From a virus (taxonomy: Duplodnaviria > Caudoviricetes), in IMG/VR virus record IMGVR_UViG_3300021426_000064, positions 1-64,000 of that record: DNA of 64,000 nucleotides. One strand, given 5' to 3'. The translations under genes and the position numbers were made by a program. Below the pieces are notes generated by a model, which worked only from the letters and a program-made list of their open reading frames with translations, did no database searches and was not told the DNA's origin. The first letter of the stretch is position 1. The number at the start of each line of letters is the position of its first letter. This document shows positions 19,213 to 28,374 of this stretch, piece by piece.

Positions 19213-22200
19213 TTGGATGAACGTAAGAAAATCAAGCTGCAACAGGCGGCAGCGATTTTAAAAAATCCGGTACTCTGGGCTAAAGCTTGTGTAAAAACAG
19301 TGGATAATGCCACAAAACAAGTAGTACCTTGGGAAGCCAGATGGTATCAGAAAGAGATGCTTCTGGATAACTCTATAAAAAAGGTTGCTCGATGTGGGCG
19401 ACGAACGGGTGGCACTCTGCCCGTCCCCGACAAATTGCTGGAATACTTGGCGGCACATCATAAAAAACGTCAAGGGAATCAGCAGCGAACCTTATATTAT
19501 ATAAGGACGTTCAGAGACTAGACGCGGGGTCTGATTGTCTTGTAATCAGTTAAATAAAAAGGGGAATGCAGGATGATTTTTGAAACTAAGCGCAATGTAG
19601 TTAACAACGTATTTTCCGTAGAAATCTCTTTCGCCGGCTACGGCACGGATGAGATGGACGAAAAGCACGAACAGGCTCTCTTTAATGACCTGGGCAATCC
19701 GGTTATCAATCTGGGCGCAATCGTGTTCGAAGGCCGCTTTGATGTTGATGGGGACAAGCGTGTTGTTCCCGCAGAAGGCGAAAACGGCGACGTTGTTAAG
19801 TTTATCCAGAATGTAAAACGCTATGAACTTGCTCCGGGCTTTGTTGTAAGCTTCAGTGCCGATGCCGGCGATGTTGCAAAGTCTGAGCTTGGCGAAAAAC
19901 TCAACACGGCTCGTCTCGTAGCTGAAGCAAAGGCTCTGCTCTTCCAGCAGAAGGTGCACGAAGCTATTAAGGCTGTTGTTGAGGAGCTGAAAGCGCAGCG
20001 CACCCGTTTTGAAACGGAGACTGTTGCCACTCTCACTGTCTAATAGGGGGTGCTTGCGATATGAAGCTGAAATACGATTATGTCGTGAAGAAGCGGAAGA
20101 TTACCATAGAGCTTGAGACTGTGGATTTCACAAACAAGGAAATTCGTGCTCTTGAAATGCTCGGTGAACCGGTAATCAACTTTCAAAAAACATATCCGGG
20201 CGGATTTACCATTGCTTTGTCCAAGAAACTGCGCAGCGAGTTTAAGGCCCGCATTCGCATTGACGGGACAAATGATGTAGAGGCAGCCAACGAGGCTGGC
20301 CAGAAATTCCTCGCGGATATCAAGGAGCTTCTCGAGCTTGAAATGGAAAAACTGATGGATTCTTACGAAGATCAGGTTTTCCCGCCGATGCACGGCAAGC
20401 TCGACATTTCGGAATATAAATAATCCGTAAATATTAAATTCAAGACAATCGGAAAGGGATAGTCCTGGCCGGAGTTTTTATTTCCGGCTTGAAGACCGAA
20501 ACCATGTGCATAGATTCATTGCACAAGGCTTGTACTAATCGCTCGTTTGTATGCCTGTACGCAGCACCGTATGAGGTTCAGATACGAGCGATTTTTAACC
20601 GTTTGAACGAACTTATTTCTCTTTCCCCTGCTCTGCAGGCTATGGTAGTTTCCAATACAAAAACACCATTTGAAATTAAGTTCAATAACGGTTCTGCAAT
20701 ACGTGGCCAGACCACAGGCGCATCGTCAGGCGGCGGCGCTGTAGGGTTTCGTGGCCAGAGGGCTGACGCGCTCTATTTAGACGAATCGGATTGTTGCTTT
20801 CTTCCCTGTTTTATGTTATAGTATGTTTAGTATTAGATGTGTAATATTAAAAGCAGGAGAAGCAAAAATGAACATTGAAAATATCAAAAAAGATTACATA
20901 TTAGCCATGTTATTTGGGATGATTCTTGGTGATGGATGGCTAAGCGTCAGTGTGCGCAGTTACAAAGACTGGACATATGAAGTTTACAATATAGGTATTT
21001 CTGGGGATGTACAAGATTTGCAATGCATGATTGTTGACGCAAAAGCTAAGTTTGGCGATATTGGTAAAGCAAAAATTCATTCCAAGAGAAGTTTTTCTCC
21101 CCAGTATGGTATTGACGGCACAACAAATTATTTTGTTATGAATACAAAAATGGCAAAAATTTTTAAAAAGTTGGGTATGCCAGTTGGGAATCGTGTTCAA
21201 CAAAACTTCCTTCTACCAGACTGGATAACAAAGGGGGACGCTGCTATAAAAAAGGGGTTTATCTCCGGACTTTATGCTGCTGAGGGTGACAACTTGCTTT
21301 TTCAAAAAAACGACAAAACTCTAAAAGCACCATCTTTTGTTTTAGCTAAGCGACTGGAGCTTACCACTGGTTTTAAAGAATTTTGCGGCCAGGTTTCAAA
21401 CATCCTTCTGGATTTAGGGATTCAACATTCCATCAATTATACCAAAAAACATACATGTGCAGAAAATGTATTCGCAAGTTTTGATATTCATAACTCTATT
21501 GATAATATTTTCCTTTTCACTTCAATTCTCGATATGCGATATTGTCTTAGAAAACAGAAACGATTTACCATGGTTAATGAGTATTATAAAAAACGTATCG
21601 ACGAGGTAAATATCGCCAAAGAAGCTTACACTTATACGTTAAATCATCCAGAAGAAAGAGTTTCTGATATTGCGAAAAAATATGGGTATACCTATACGAG
21701 GGTGGCAAGCTGGAGAAAAGGAAAAAGGAATCCGGGAACAGGAAAGAGCACAATGACATTTTCAATGTTTAAAAAAACATATAGTTCGATTAAAACTCCG
21801 TTAAACGGGGGAAAGCTCGCTATAAGTAGTGAGAAAATCCCGTGCTAACCTCTGTGGTGACACAGAGAAATGCCTAACGACTAGGTGTGAGGCTCGGAAG
21901 AGTCAATAGGATCACCCACGAAAGCGGGGGAACGCCCAATAGTCTTATCGTCGATGTATCATTCTATTGGGACGAAGATATAGTCTAACCTCTGTGGTGA
22001 CACAGAGAAACCAAAGATAAAGAGCTTTGGTGTTAATACAAATGTATATGAGCAATGCGGATTTCGACTCGATCCTGGCCATTGCGGCCGAACGAGAAGG
22101 GATACGCGTATTTCTCTCGAGTACCCCAACCGGCGCGCGTAAGCGTTTTTGGCAGGCGTGCACAGATCCAAGTATGCATTTTAAGGAATTCCACTATCCA

Positions 22201-23334
22201 TCTACATGTAACCCTCAGTGGGGTCCAAAGATGGAAGAAGAATTCCGTTCCCAGTTATCTGAGCAAGGTTATATCCATGAAGTTATGGCTGACTTTGGTT
22301 CTCAGGAAACTGGTGTATTTGATAAGGATAAAATCGACGCGGCAATGAAGTTTATGCGGTATGCATATTCCCCTCTCACCTACTCTCAAAAAATGAAGGT
22401 GGACGAAAATGGATGGAATGTGGAAATGTATATTCCTCCTGAGAATATGACGATAGGCGTATACAAACCAACTAAGCTGCGCACAATGGGAATTGACTGG
22501 GATAAATATGGCGCTTCCTCCTCTATCATTATTCTTGATTACGTGCCTCGCTTTGGCCGATTCATGGTAGTGAGAAGAATCGAAGTTCCAAAAGCAGAAT
22601 ACAGCTTCGATAAGGCTGTAAACATGATTATTGAATTAAATAGGGTTTATAACCCAGCATTTATTTATGCGGATAGAGGATCAGGCGAATACCAACTAGA
22701 GATGCTGCATAAATACGGGGATCAACATCCTGAGTCTGGCCTTAAATTAAAAGTTAAGGGATTCCAGTTCTCGCAAAAGATTCCGGTTATTGATCCCGTT
22801 ACACACGTTACCGATCAAAAACCAATGAAGCCATTTATGGTGAACCAGTTGAGCATGTGTATTGAGCGCAATCAGCTTATCATGTCTCCATTCGATGAGA
22901 CACTGCATAAGCAGTTGGTCGACTACGAAGTTGTTCGCGTCGGTGCTAACGGCAATCCGGTATACACAAGTGTAAACGAACACTTTGTGGATGCTCTGGG
23001 TTTAGCGTTCTTAGCATTCGCGCTTGAGATGCCAAATGTTGCTAAGACAATTGAAGATGTGGACTTTACAGCTCACATGGTTAACGGTGAGTCTCCGTTT
23101 GCCAAGAGAGACAATGCTTCGACAAGCAAGAACTGGCGGGGCGCATCTAACCCATGGAGCAATGCAAGTCTAATGAACGGCACTGTCTCCTATAAAGACG
23201 CTCAGGATAAGAGCGATGGGGATCAGCCAAAATTCTTCCGCGCACCACTTGCTGGTACAGCTGCCAGAAGAAAGAGTAATTGGGGATCCAGAAGAAGCTC
23301 AGGTTTTGGCTTTTGTGGAAGATCAATGTTCTGA
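19213..23334 (+). CDS. terL: Terminase large subunit, three exons: 19213-19410, 20492-20791, 22045-23334 (595 aa spliced)
   Basis: Joining the exons restores Walker A CGRRTG|KTETM and Walker B LYLDESD|YM. Exon 3 has SSTPTG, MGIDW, YADRG and EHFVDAL nuclease motifs. Confidence 0.93.
19573..20043 (+). CDS. Intron-encoded protein A (156 aa), unknown function
   Basis: RBS present, codon usage similar to the capsid and sheath genes, no HEG motifs. Confidence 0.8.
   Translation: MIFETKRNVVNNVFSVEISFAGYGTDEMDEKHEQALFNDLGNPVINLGAIVFEGRFDVDGDKRVVPAEGENGDVVKFIQNVKRYELAPGFVVSFSADAGDVAKSELGEKLNTARLVAEAKALLFQQKVHEAIKAVVEELKAQRTRFETETVATLTV
20061..20423 (+). CDS. Intron-encoded protein B (120 aa), apparent paralog of A
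   Basis: ALEMLGEPVINF aligns with ALFNDLGNPVINL in A, with a similar beta-beta-helix...helix pattern. Confidence 0.78.
   Translation: MKLKYDYVVKKRKITIELETVDFTNKEIRALEMLGEPVINFQKTYPGGFTIALSKKLRSEFKARIRIDGTNDVEAANEAGQKFLADIKELLELEMEKLMDSYEDQVFPPMHGKLDISEYK
20792..22044 (+). ncRNA. Group I intron 2 of terL (IA-like), with a LAGLIDADG ORF in L1
   Basis: Exon AATCGGAT pairs with IGS GTTCGATT (21784-21791). AAACGGGG/AATCCCGTG, TAACGACTAG, AAGATATAGTCT core elements. Ends ...AATACAAATG. Confidence 0.9.
20868..21848 (+). CDS. LAGLIDADG homing endonuclease with a C-terminal HTH
   Basis: LFGMILGDG and FISGLYAAEG motifs. VSDIAKKYGYTYTRVASWRK (HTH). Start at ATG 20868 after AGGAG. Confidence 0.88.
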   Translation: MNIENIKKDYILAMLFGMILGDGWLSVSVRSYKDWTYEVYNIGISGDVQDLQCMIVDAKAKFGDIGKAKIHSKRSFSPQYGIDGTTNYFVMNTKMAKIFKKLGMPVGNRVQQNFLLPDWITKGDAAIKKGFISGLYAAEGDNLLFQKNDKTLKAPSFVLAKRLELTTGFKEFCGQVSNILLDLGIQHSINYTKKHTCAENVFASFDIHNSIDNIFLFTSILDMRYCLRKQKRFTMVNEYYKKRIDEVNIAKEAYTYTLNHPEERVSDIAKKYGYTYTRVASWRKGKRNPGTGKSTMTFSMFKKTYSSIKTPLNGGKLAISSEKIPC

Positions 23335-23404
23335 TAGATAGTCGGCGCCGGAAAAATGGACGCCGATTTTTACTAAGGTAGACATATAGTAGAAGGAAAT
23401 AGAA

Positions 23405-25396
23405 ATGGCAGAAGAAAGATACGATAGGCATGACATACTAGCCATACCAGACTTAACCCCCAAGCGGAGTTACGAGTCTGATGGTATAGTTCAAGCACCA
23501 GGCCTGCAAACTCCCATACAAAAGCCTGTTCGCGAATTAAAAGTAATAGATGATTTGGACGAACTCACGTCGCTTGCGGATTTGCTGCCTCCAGAAATTG
23601 GAGATATCATTCGCGATATAAACAGGGTTCTGTCGGAAGATTCTCAAGGCAAATTAATCATCGCGATTGAACAGGGAGGCTTTCCTCCTCCAATTACGAT
23701 TATTCCACCATCAACACCGCCAGAAGGAATAGGGCCTGTAAATTTTCCTCCGATTAGTGGCGGACCAGGAAGCGAGACTTGGGGGCCAGGTACAGGATTA
23801 CCAAGTAATGGCGGTGGCGAAATTGATGGCCCGGGAAGCGAGACTTGGGAGCCGGGTACAGGTTTGCCAGGTAGTATCGGTGGTGGAACGGAAGGCCCTG
23901 AAGGAGAAATGGGTGGCCCAGGGACAAGCTCTCCTGGTAGTGGCGGCAGCACAAGTGGTGGTCCTGGTAGTGGGACAGAGCATCCAGGAACATGGCCTTC
24001 AGAACAGGAAGGCAGCGGGGGTGGCGGCCCTGGTAGTGAGACGAAAGGCCCCGGAATAGAAACGAAGGGGTACGGCACTTCCCATCCGACAGACGGTACA
24101 TGGATAATTGGCGGGCAACACGAGCCGAATGATGGCGATTATGATGTCGACGATATTTTCTCTGCCCCGCCAACTTTTACCGTGGAATTAGAGCCTACGG
24201 ATTCATTAGTAGATCTTGCCCGAAAAGCATATCGAGATGACGACCTGGACATCAAGGCCGATTATGTCGCCAAGATGACGCAAAATATTGCGCGCTTTTA
24301 TCAGGTTATGTCCACCTTGGCAGTAGACGGAGGCATGCCTGACTATTCGTATCTTATGCGCGAATTTGACGGAACGGCAGTATCAACGAGTGATGCAAAT
24401 CAAAGACATCTTATCGATTACATCTGTAAAAATCAGATTATCTATGACCAGCGCCTTAGACAAATGAATTTAACACATACTGCGGAGAATACGCTGGTTA
24501 TGACTCGCGGTTTCTCCGCAGCGGAGGCACAGCGCGAAAGATATTTTGGCGAGAAATTTAAGGCCAATATGAATGATACCGCCTCCACTCTTTCTAATGA
24601 TATTTTAGAGAAAGAACGTCAGAACGCAAACAAGAAATACAAAGAAGCTGCCTACAATATGTATAAGTATCTCGATTCGGCGGCAAAATATACGAATGCT
24701 TTGCTTAACATTCGCATCGACGAAGCGGCGGCAAAGGTGCAACTCTCAAATACCGGTAGCGATATTTATGCAATTACGCCTCCGCCTCCCCCAACAGCAG
24801 ATAATATTGATGATGGGTTCGAGACTACCCAGAAGCAAACTGAGATCGGCGAAAAATATGTTGAGGAAGCTCAGAAAGATTCTGTTATGGGATATCAGGC
24901 TTCTGGTGGCGGTGCGTCGTATAGTGGTGGAGGCAACTACACAAGTAATACCAATATCCCTAGTGTAGGTATAGCGCCGGGCAAGGGTGTTGAAAATATT
25001 CCCAAGGGGCAATCTCCAGAGTGGGCTGTTAATATGTGTATTCGTTGCTCAAAAGGGTGTGGTATTCCCGCCGATTGGATTTACGCTCAATTTAGAAACG
25101 AATCCGGTAATTTTGAAAGGCCATGCGCACAACACAATTATGGCGGTATGTCAAGTACGAGTGGTGGTTGGATGACATTCAATACACCTGATGATTTTGC
25201 CGATTACATGGCAAAGGTTCTGCCTCGATGGGTTGGCAGTGATGGAAAATCAACAACCCAGGCAAAGACAATGTTGGAATATGCTATCGCGCTTCAAACC
25301 GATAGTTCTCCGTATTGCGCGGAACCGGCTGGCGTAGAACCCTACTACGCAGCAATGTTGAACTGCCTCGGAAATCAAGGTACAGTTTTAACCTAA
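23405..25396 (+). CDS. Virion-associated protein with Gly/Pro repeats and a C-terminal lysozyme-like (glucosaminidase) domain
   Basis: WIYAQFRNESG...HNYGGM resembles the FlgJ/GH73 signature. Confidence 0.65.
   Translation: MAEERYDRHDILAIPDLTPKRSYESDGIVQAPGLQTPIQKPVRELKVIDDLDELTSLADLLPPEIGDIIRDINRVLSEDSQGKLIIAIEQGGFPPPITIIPPSTPPEGIGPVNFPPISGGPGSETWGPGTGLPSNGGGEIDGPGSETWEPGTGLPGSIGGGTEGPEGEMGGPGTSSPGSGGSTSGGPGSGTEHPGTWPSEQEGSGGGGPGSETKGPGIETKGYGTSHPTDGTWIIGGQHEPNDGDYDVDDIFSAPPTFTVELEPTDSLVDLARKAYRDDDLDIKADYVAKMTQNIARFYQVMSTLAVDGGMPDYSYLMREFDGTAVSTSDANQRHLIDYICKNQIIYDQRLRQMNLTHTAENTLVMTRGFSAAEAQRERYFGEKFKANMNDTASTLSNDILEKERQNANKKYKEAAYNMYKYLDSAAKYTNALLNIRIDEAAAKVQLSNTGSDIYAITPPPPPTADNIDDGFETTQKQTEIGEKYVEEAQKDSVMGYQASGGGASYSGGGNYTSNTNIPSVGIAPGKGVENIPKGQSPEWAVNMCIRCSKGCGIPADWIYAQFRNESGNFERPCAQHNYGGMSSTSGGWMTFNTPDDFADYMAKVLPRWVGSDGKSTTQAKTMLEYAIALQTDSSPYCAEPAGVEPYYAAMLNCLGNQGTVLT
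23757..24065 (+). repeat. Degenerate in-frame repeats, GPGSETWxPGTGLP
   Basis: At least five GPGS/GPGT units are visible in the translation. Confidence 0.8.
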
Positions 25397-25404
25397 ACAA
25401 AATA

Positions 25405-26105
25405 AATATCCCCCGGCTTAGCCGGGGGTTTTACATTAACGGCCTATAAGGCCTCTTTTTACCAGCTGCGCTTAAAAGCGCTTGTACGGTCCGCCACACG
25501 CTACTTATTTCCGGTTACCCGTAAACGGGTCTATCGCCTCTAGCGTTAGCTGCTCGGCCATATGGTCTTCACTTAGTTGCTGCTTTATATATTCCGCTAT
25601 CTTCTTTTCGTTCTTTCCTACGGTACTCACATAATATCCTCGACACCAAAATTGTCTGTTTCTATACTTATATTTCATATTCCCCCATTTCTCATATATC
25701 ATCAGACTACTCTTCCCCTTCAAAAATCCCATAAAGTTCGATATACTAAATTTCGGTGGTATCTCTACCAAAATATGGATGTGGTCTGGACATGCCTCAG
25801 CTTCCAGTAAATTCACCCCCTTCCATCTGCACAATTCACGTATTATCTTTCCAATCTCATACCTCATTTGCCCGAAAAACACTTTCCGCCTATACTTCGG
25901 CGCAAAAACAATGTGATATTTACACTCCCATTTCGTATGTGATAAACTATGGATGTCGTTCTTTTGCATTACGACAAAACCCTCCCTATTCATAATTTTG
26001 CAGTTGACGGACCGCAATAATTATTTTCTAGGGAGGTTTTTCTTTTCCTTTAGAGACTCATCGCTAAAGCTTTACGGAACCCCTGGTCTAACCAGGGGTT
26101 TTCTA
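25405..26105 (-). mobile_element. IS200/IS605-family element, tnpA only
   Basis: Terminal hairpins CCCCGGCTTAGCCGGGG (about 25411-25427) and CCCCTGGTCTAACCAGGGG (about 26080-26098) flank tnpA. Confidence 0.85.
25505..25969 (-). CDS. tnpA: IS200 Y1 HUH transposase
   Basis: SLSHTKWECKYHIVFAPKYRR, DHIHIL, FWCRGYYVSTVG, EYIKQQ. Confidence 0.95.
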   Translation of the reverse strand: MQKNDIHSLSHTKWECKYHIVFAPKYRRKVFFGQMRYEIGKIIRELCRWKGVNLLEAEACPDHIHILVEIPPKFSISNFMGFLKGKSSLMIYEKWGNMKYKYRNRQFWCRGYYVSTVGKNEKKIAEYIKQQLSEDHMAEQLTLEAIDPFTGNRK

Positions 26106-26142
26106 ATACCAATAAAAAGACGCCCTTAGGCGTCTTTTTCAT

Positions 26143-27264
26143 TTAATACTTAAAAATCTTCTTCATTATATCTTTTGTTTTCTGTGAAATATCAGGGTTG
26201 GCATTTACTGCGTTAAAGATAATACTTTTAACTGTATTAGCTTCGTTCTCTGATTCCGCGACAATTGGGAATGTAATAAACCCGTCCGGCAGCTTCTCAT
26301 CAATCTCAGCACGGCCAACAATTGTCTGCATGCTCGGGGTGGTATATATAAGTTCAATATCTTCAACAGTCTTTGCTTTACCAAGCGTCTTAATATCGGC
26401 GGCAGTCAACTTATTCTTATATAACCCCTTATCGTATATATAATGTTGCAACTCATTATCTAACAGAGAAATGGCACAGGCAAGCTGTATTGTGATCTTT
26501 ACACCATCAACGCCATCAACATATGGCCATAGCTCCGGGATGAGATTTCTCAATTGATAGAGTCTTTTAAGAGAGCCGCCACTCACACCCATAACCTGAC
26601 CAATTTTATCCATGATTCTTACCCGATGTTCATTCCACTTGCGGTTAGGGCGCGTATCTTTTTCCAGGCGGTTCATATTGATAACAGCCTGGGCTTTAAC
26701 GGCGGTAGTATTTTCTCTACGGATTACATTATCAAAAATAATGATTTTGCGAGCTTCGACATCATCCAGTTCATCAAAGTCATAAACATAGCAGTTCATG
26801 GCTTCAAACCTCTTGGCCATTTCCGGGTTATTGTTGTCGGGGCTCGTGAATATTTCGTGAAGTTCCTGAAAAGCGCGATGTCTTGTGTGTCCGCCCAGAA
26901 TCATATATGAACCGTTCTCCTGCTTCCATACAAGCGCAGGCGAGAGCTGACCATAGGCAACAAGGTTCTTCATTAAGTCAGTAAGAATGGTTTTATCCTG
27001 ATTGGGAAAGAAGTTCCATTCTTCCTTAGCCGGGATAAGTTTTGAAATAGGAACCATTTCTGTATGATACTGTGGATAGAGTTTTTCAATTTCATGCAGC
27101 TGCTGTTCGCTCCTGTCTCTGTCTTCATTCGATATTGGAGCAACCGTCTCTTCGCCACTTGCGATCTTCATCCAGTCATAATTTGGTAGTGAGGACTCAT
27201 CATCGTAAGAACCAGCCTTTGCAAAAGCCCCCATTGATACCGTCTGTTTATGCTTCTTGCTCAT
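26143..27264 (-). CDS. parB: ParB/Srx-family partition protein
   Basis: YGQLSPALV...YMILGGHTRHRA followed by an HTH region, downstream of parA. Confidence 0.85.
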   Translation of the reverse strand: MSKKHKQTVSMGAFAKAGSYDDESSLPNYDWMKIASGEETVAPISNEDRDRSEQQLHEIEKLYPQYHTEMVPISKLIPAKEEWNFFPNQDKTILTDLMKNLVAYGQLSPALVWKQENGSYMILGGHTRHRAFQELHEIFTSPDNNNPEMAKRFEAMNCYVYDFDELDDVEARKIIIFDNVIRRENTTAVKAQAVINMNRLEKDTRPNRKWNEHRVRIMDKIGQVMGVSGGSLKRLYQLRNLIPELWPYVDGVDGVKITIQLACAISLLDNELQHYIYDKGLYKNKLTAADIKTLGKAKTVEDIELIYTTPSMQTIVGRAEIDEKLPDGFITFPIVAESENEANTVKSIIFNAVNANPDISQKTKDIMKKIFKY

Positions 27265-28090
27265 AAAGCACCTCCGTGATTTCTCTGTAAAGCTTTTTAA
27301 AATCTGCGGAAATCTTCTTGTTATGGAATTTTTCCGTTACCGCGCAATGATAATTAACGGATTTACGCGCATCTTCGCTTTCACGAATAGTCGTATCAAA
27401 GAGTCTGCCTTCTGCTTTTCCTCCATTAAGCTTAGCAAGTTCTATAGGGATAATCTCCCTAGCTGAAGGAATATACTCTTTCGTCCCGCTCGTGTTATGC
27501 TTTACTCGATTAAAGAAATATCCTAGTAATTTAATATTGGGATTTGCGCGGCGCCGGCTCTTAATTATGTTCTGATACACCTGTGATAATCCAGCAACAC
27601 TTCTCTCATCCGGATCCATGGGCACAAGAATATAATCACAGCTTTGCATTGGGAGCAATGTGTCTAGGCCAATGGACGGATGCGAATCCATAATAACGAT
27701 ATCATACTCATTCATATCTTGAATAGCCGCGACAAGTTCCGTCCATGGATTTACACCTTCGTTAAGGCGAAACTCGCGAACCTTTCCCATAAAACCCTCA
27801 CCTTCTATCAGTAGTGAGCCTGGTATCATATCGATATTCTTATACTGCGTCGGCATAATAAAGGTACGTGGCGAAACTTGAGCTCCATATATTCTTGAAA
27901 TAATCCCGGCCATAATATCGTGCTGCGGATCGGCCTCAACCTTCATTGTTTGTGTAAGGTTCATCTGCGCATCTGCGTCTATTAGGAGTACCTTCTTTCC
28001 GTCATTGGAAAATAGGTAGGCCAACGCAGCGGTGGTAGTTGTTTTACCAACGCCCCCCTTATGGTTTGCTATACATATGGTTTTTCCCAT
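27248..28090 (-). CDS. parA: ParA/Soj-family ATPase
   Basis: NHKGGVGKTT, LLIDADAQMNLT, DIVIMDSHPS. Start at ATG 28090 after AGGAGG. Confidence 0.93.
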   Translation of the reverse strand: MGKTICIANHKGGVGKTTTTAALAYLFSNDGKKVLLIDADAQMNLTQTMKVEADPQHDIMAGIISRIYGAQVSPRTFIMPTQYKNIDMIPGSLLIEGEGFMGKVREFRLNEGVNPWTELVAAIQDMNEYDIVIMDSHPSIGLDTLLPMQSCDYILVPMDPDERSVAGLSQVYQNIIKSRRRANPNIKLLGYFFNRVKHNTSGTKEYIPSAREIIPIELAKLNGGKAEGRLFDTTIRESEDARKSVNYHCAVTEKFHNKKISADFKKLYREITEVLYEQEA

Positions 28091-28223
28091 CAACAACAAC
28101 CTCCTCATAATAAAAATCTCCATAAATAGTCTATCATAAATACTCTTACTATTCCACTACTATCGTTAATATTATTCTATTTTGCCATTTAGCAGTCCTG
28201 CATATCGCTTAAAAACGACCTAG

Positions 28224-28258
28224 AAAATTTAGGGGACCAAATCGGTCCCCTAAATTTT
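28224..28258. repeat. Perfect 15-bp inverted repeat, candidate parS or operator
   Basis: AAAATTTAGGGGACC-AAATC-GGTCCCCTAAATTTT upstream of parA. Confidence 0.55.
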
Positions 28259-28374
28259 TGTTTAGTGAATAACAAAAACCCTGTGGTAATATGCGCTTAG
28301 ATTGTAGACCGGAAAGGACGGTGTGAGGTATTTTTCAAAAACTTAGACGCCAGATTGCTAACACATTCTTCTCT

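Larger units (their letters stand above)
19411..20491 (+). ncRNA. Group I intron 1 of terL, carrying two cargo ORFs in L8
   Basis: P1 ACGGGU/GCCCGU with a U-G pair at the splice site. P3 CCCCG/CGGGG. P element AAATTGCTGG, Q AATCAGCAG, R TTCAGAGACTAG, S GGGATAGTCC. P8 CTGATTGTCTTG/CAAGACAATCGG. P9 hairpin. Terminal G. Confidence 0.9.

Noticed and set aside
19111-23334. Terminase as a pseudogene, as three separate genes, or as intein-containing
   Set aside because: Group I cores and U/G splice junctions restore the exact ATPase motifs. The LAGLIDADG ORF is out of frame with exon 2 and lacks intein terminal residues.
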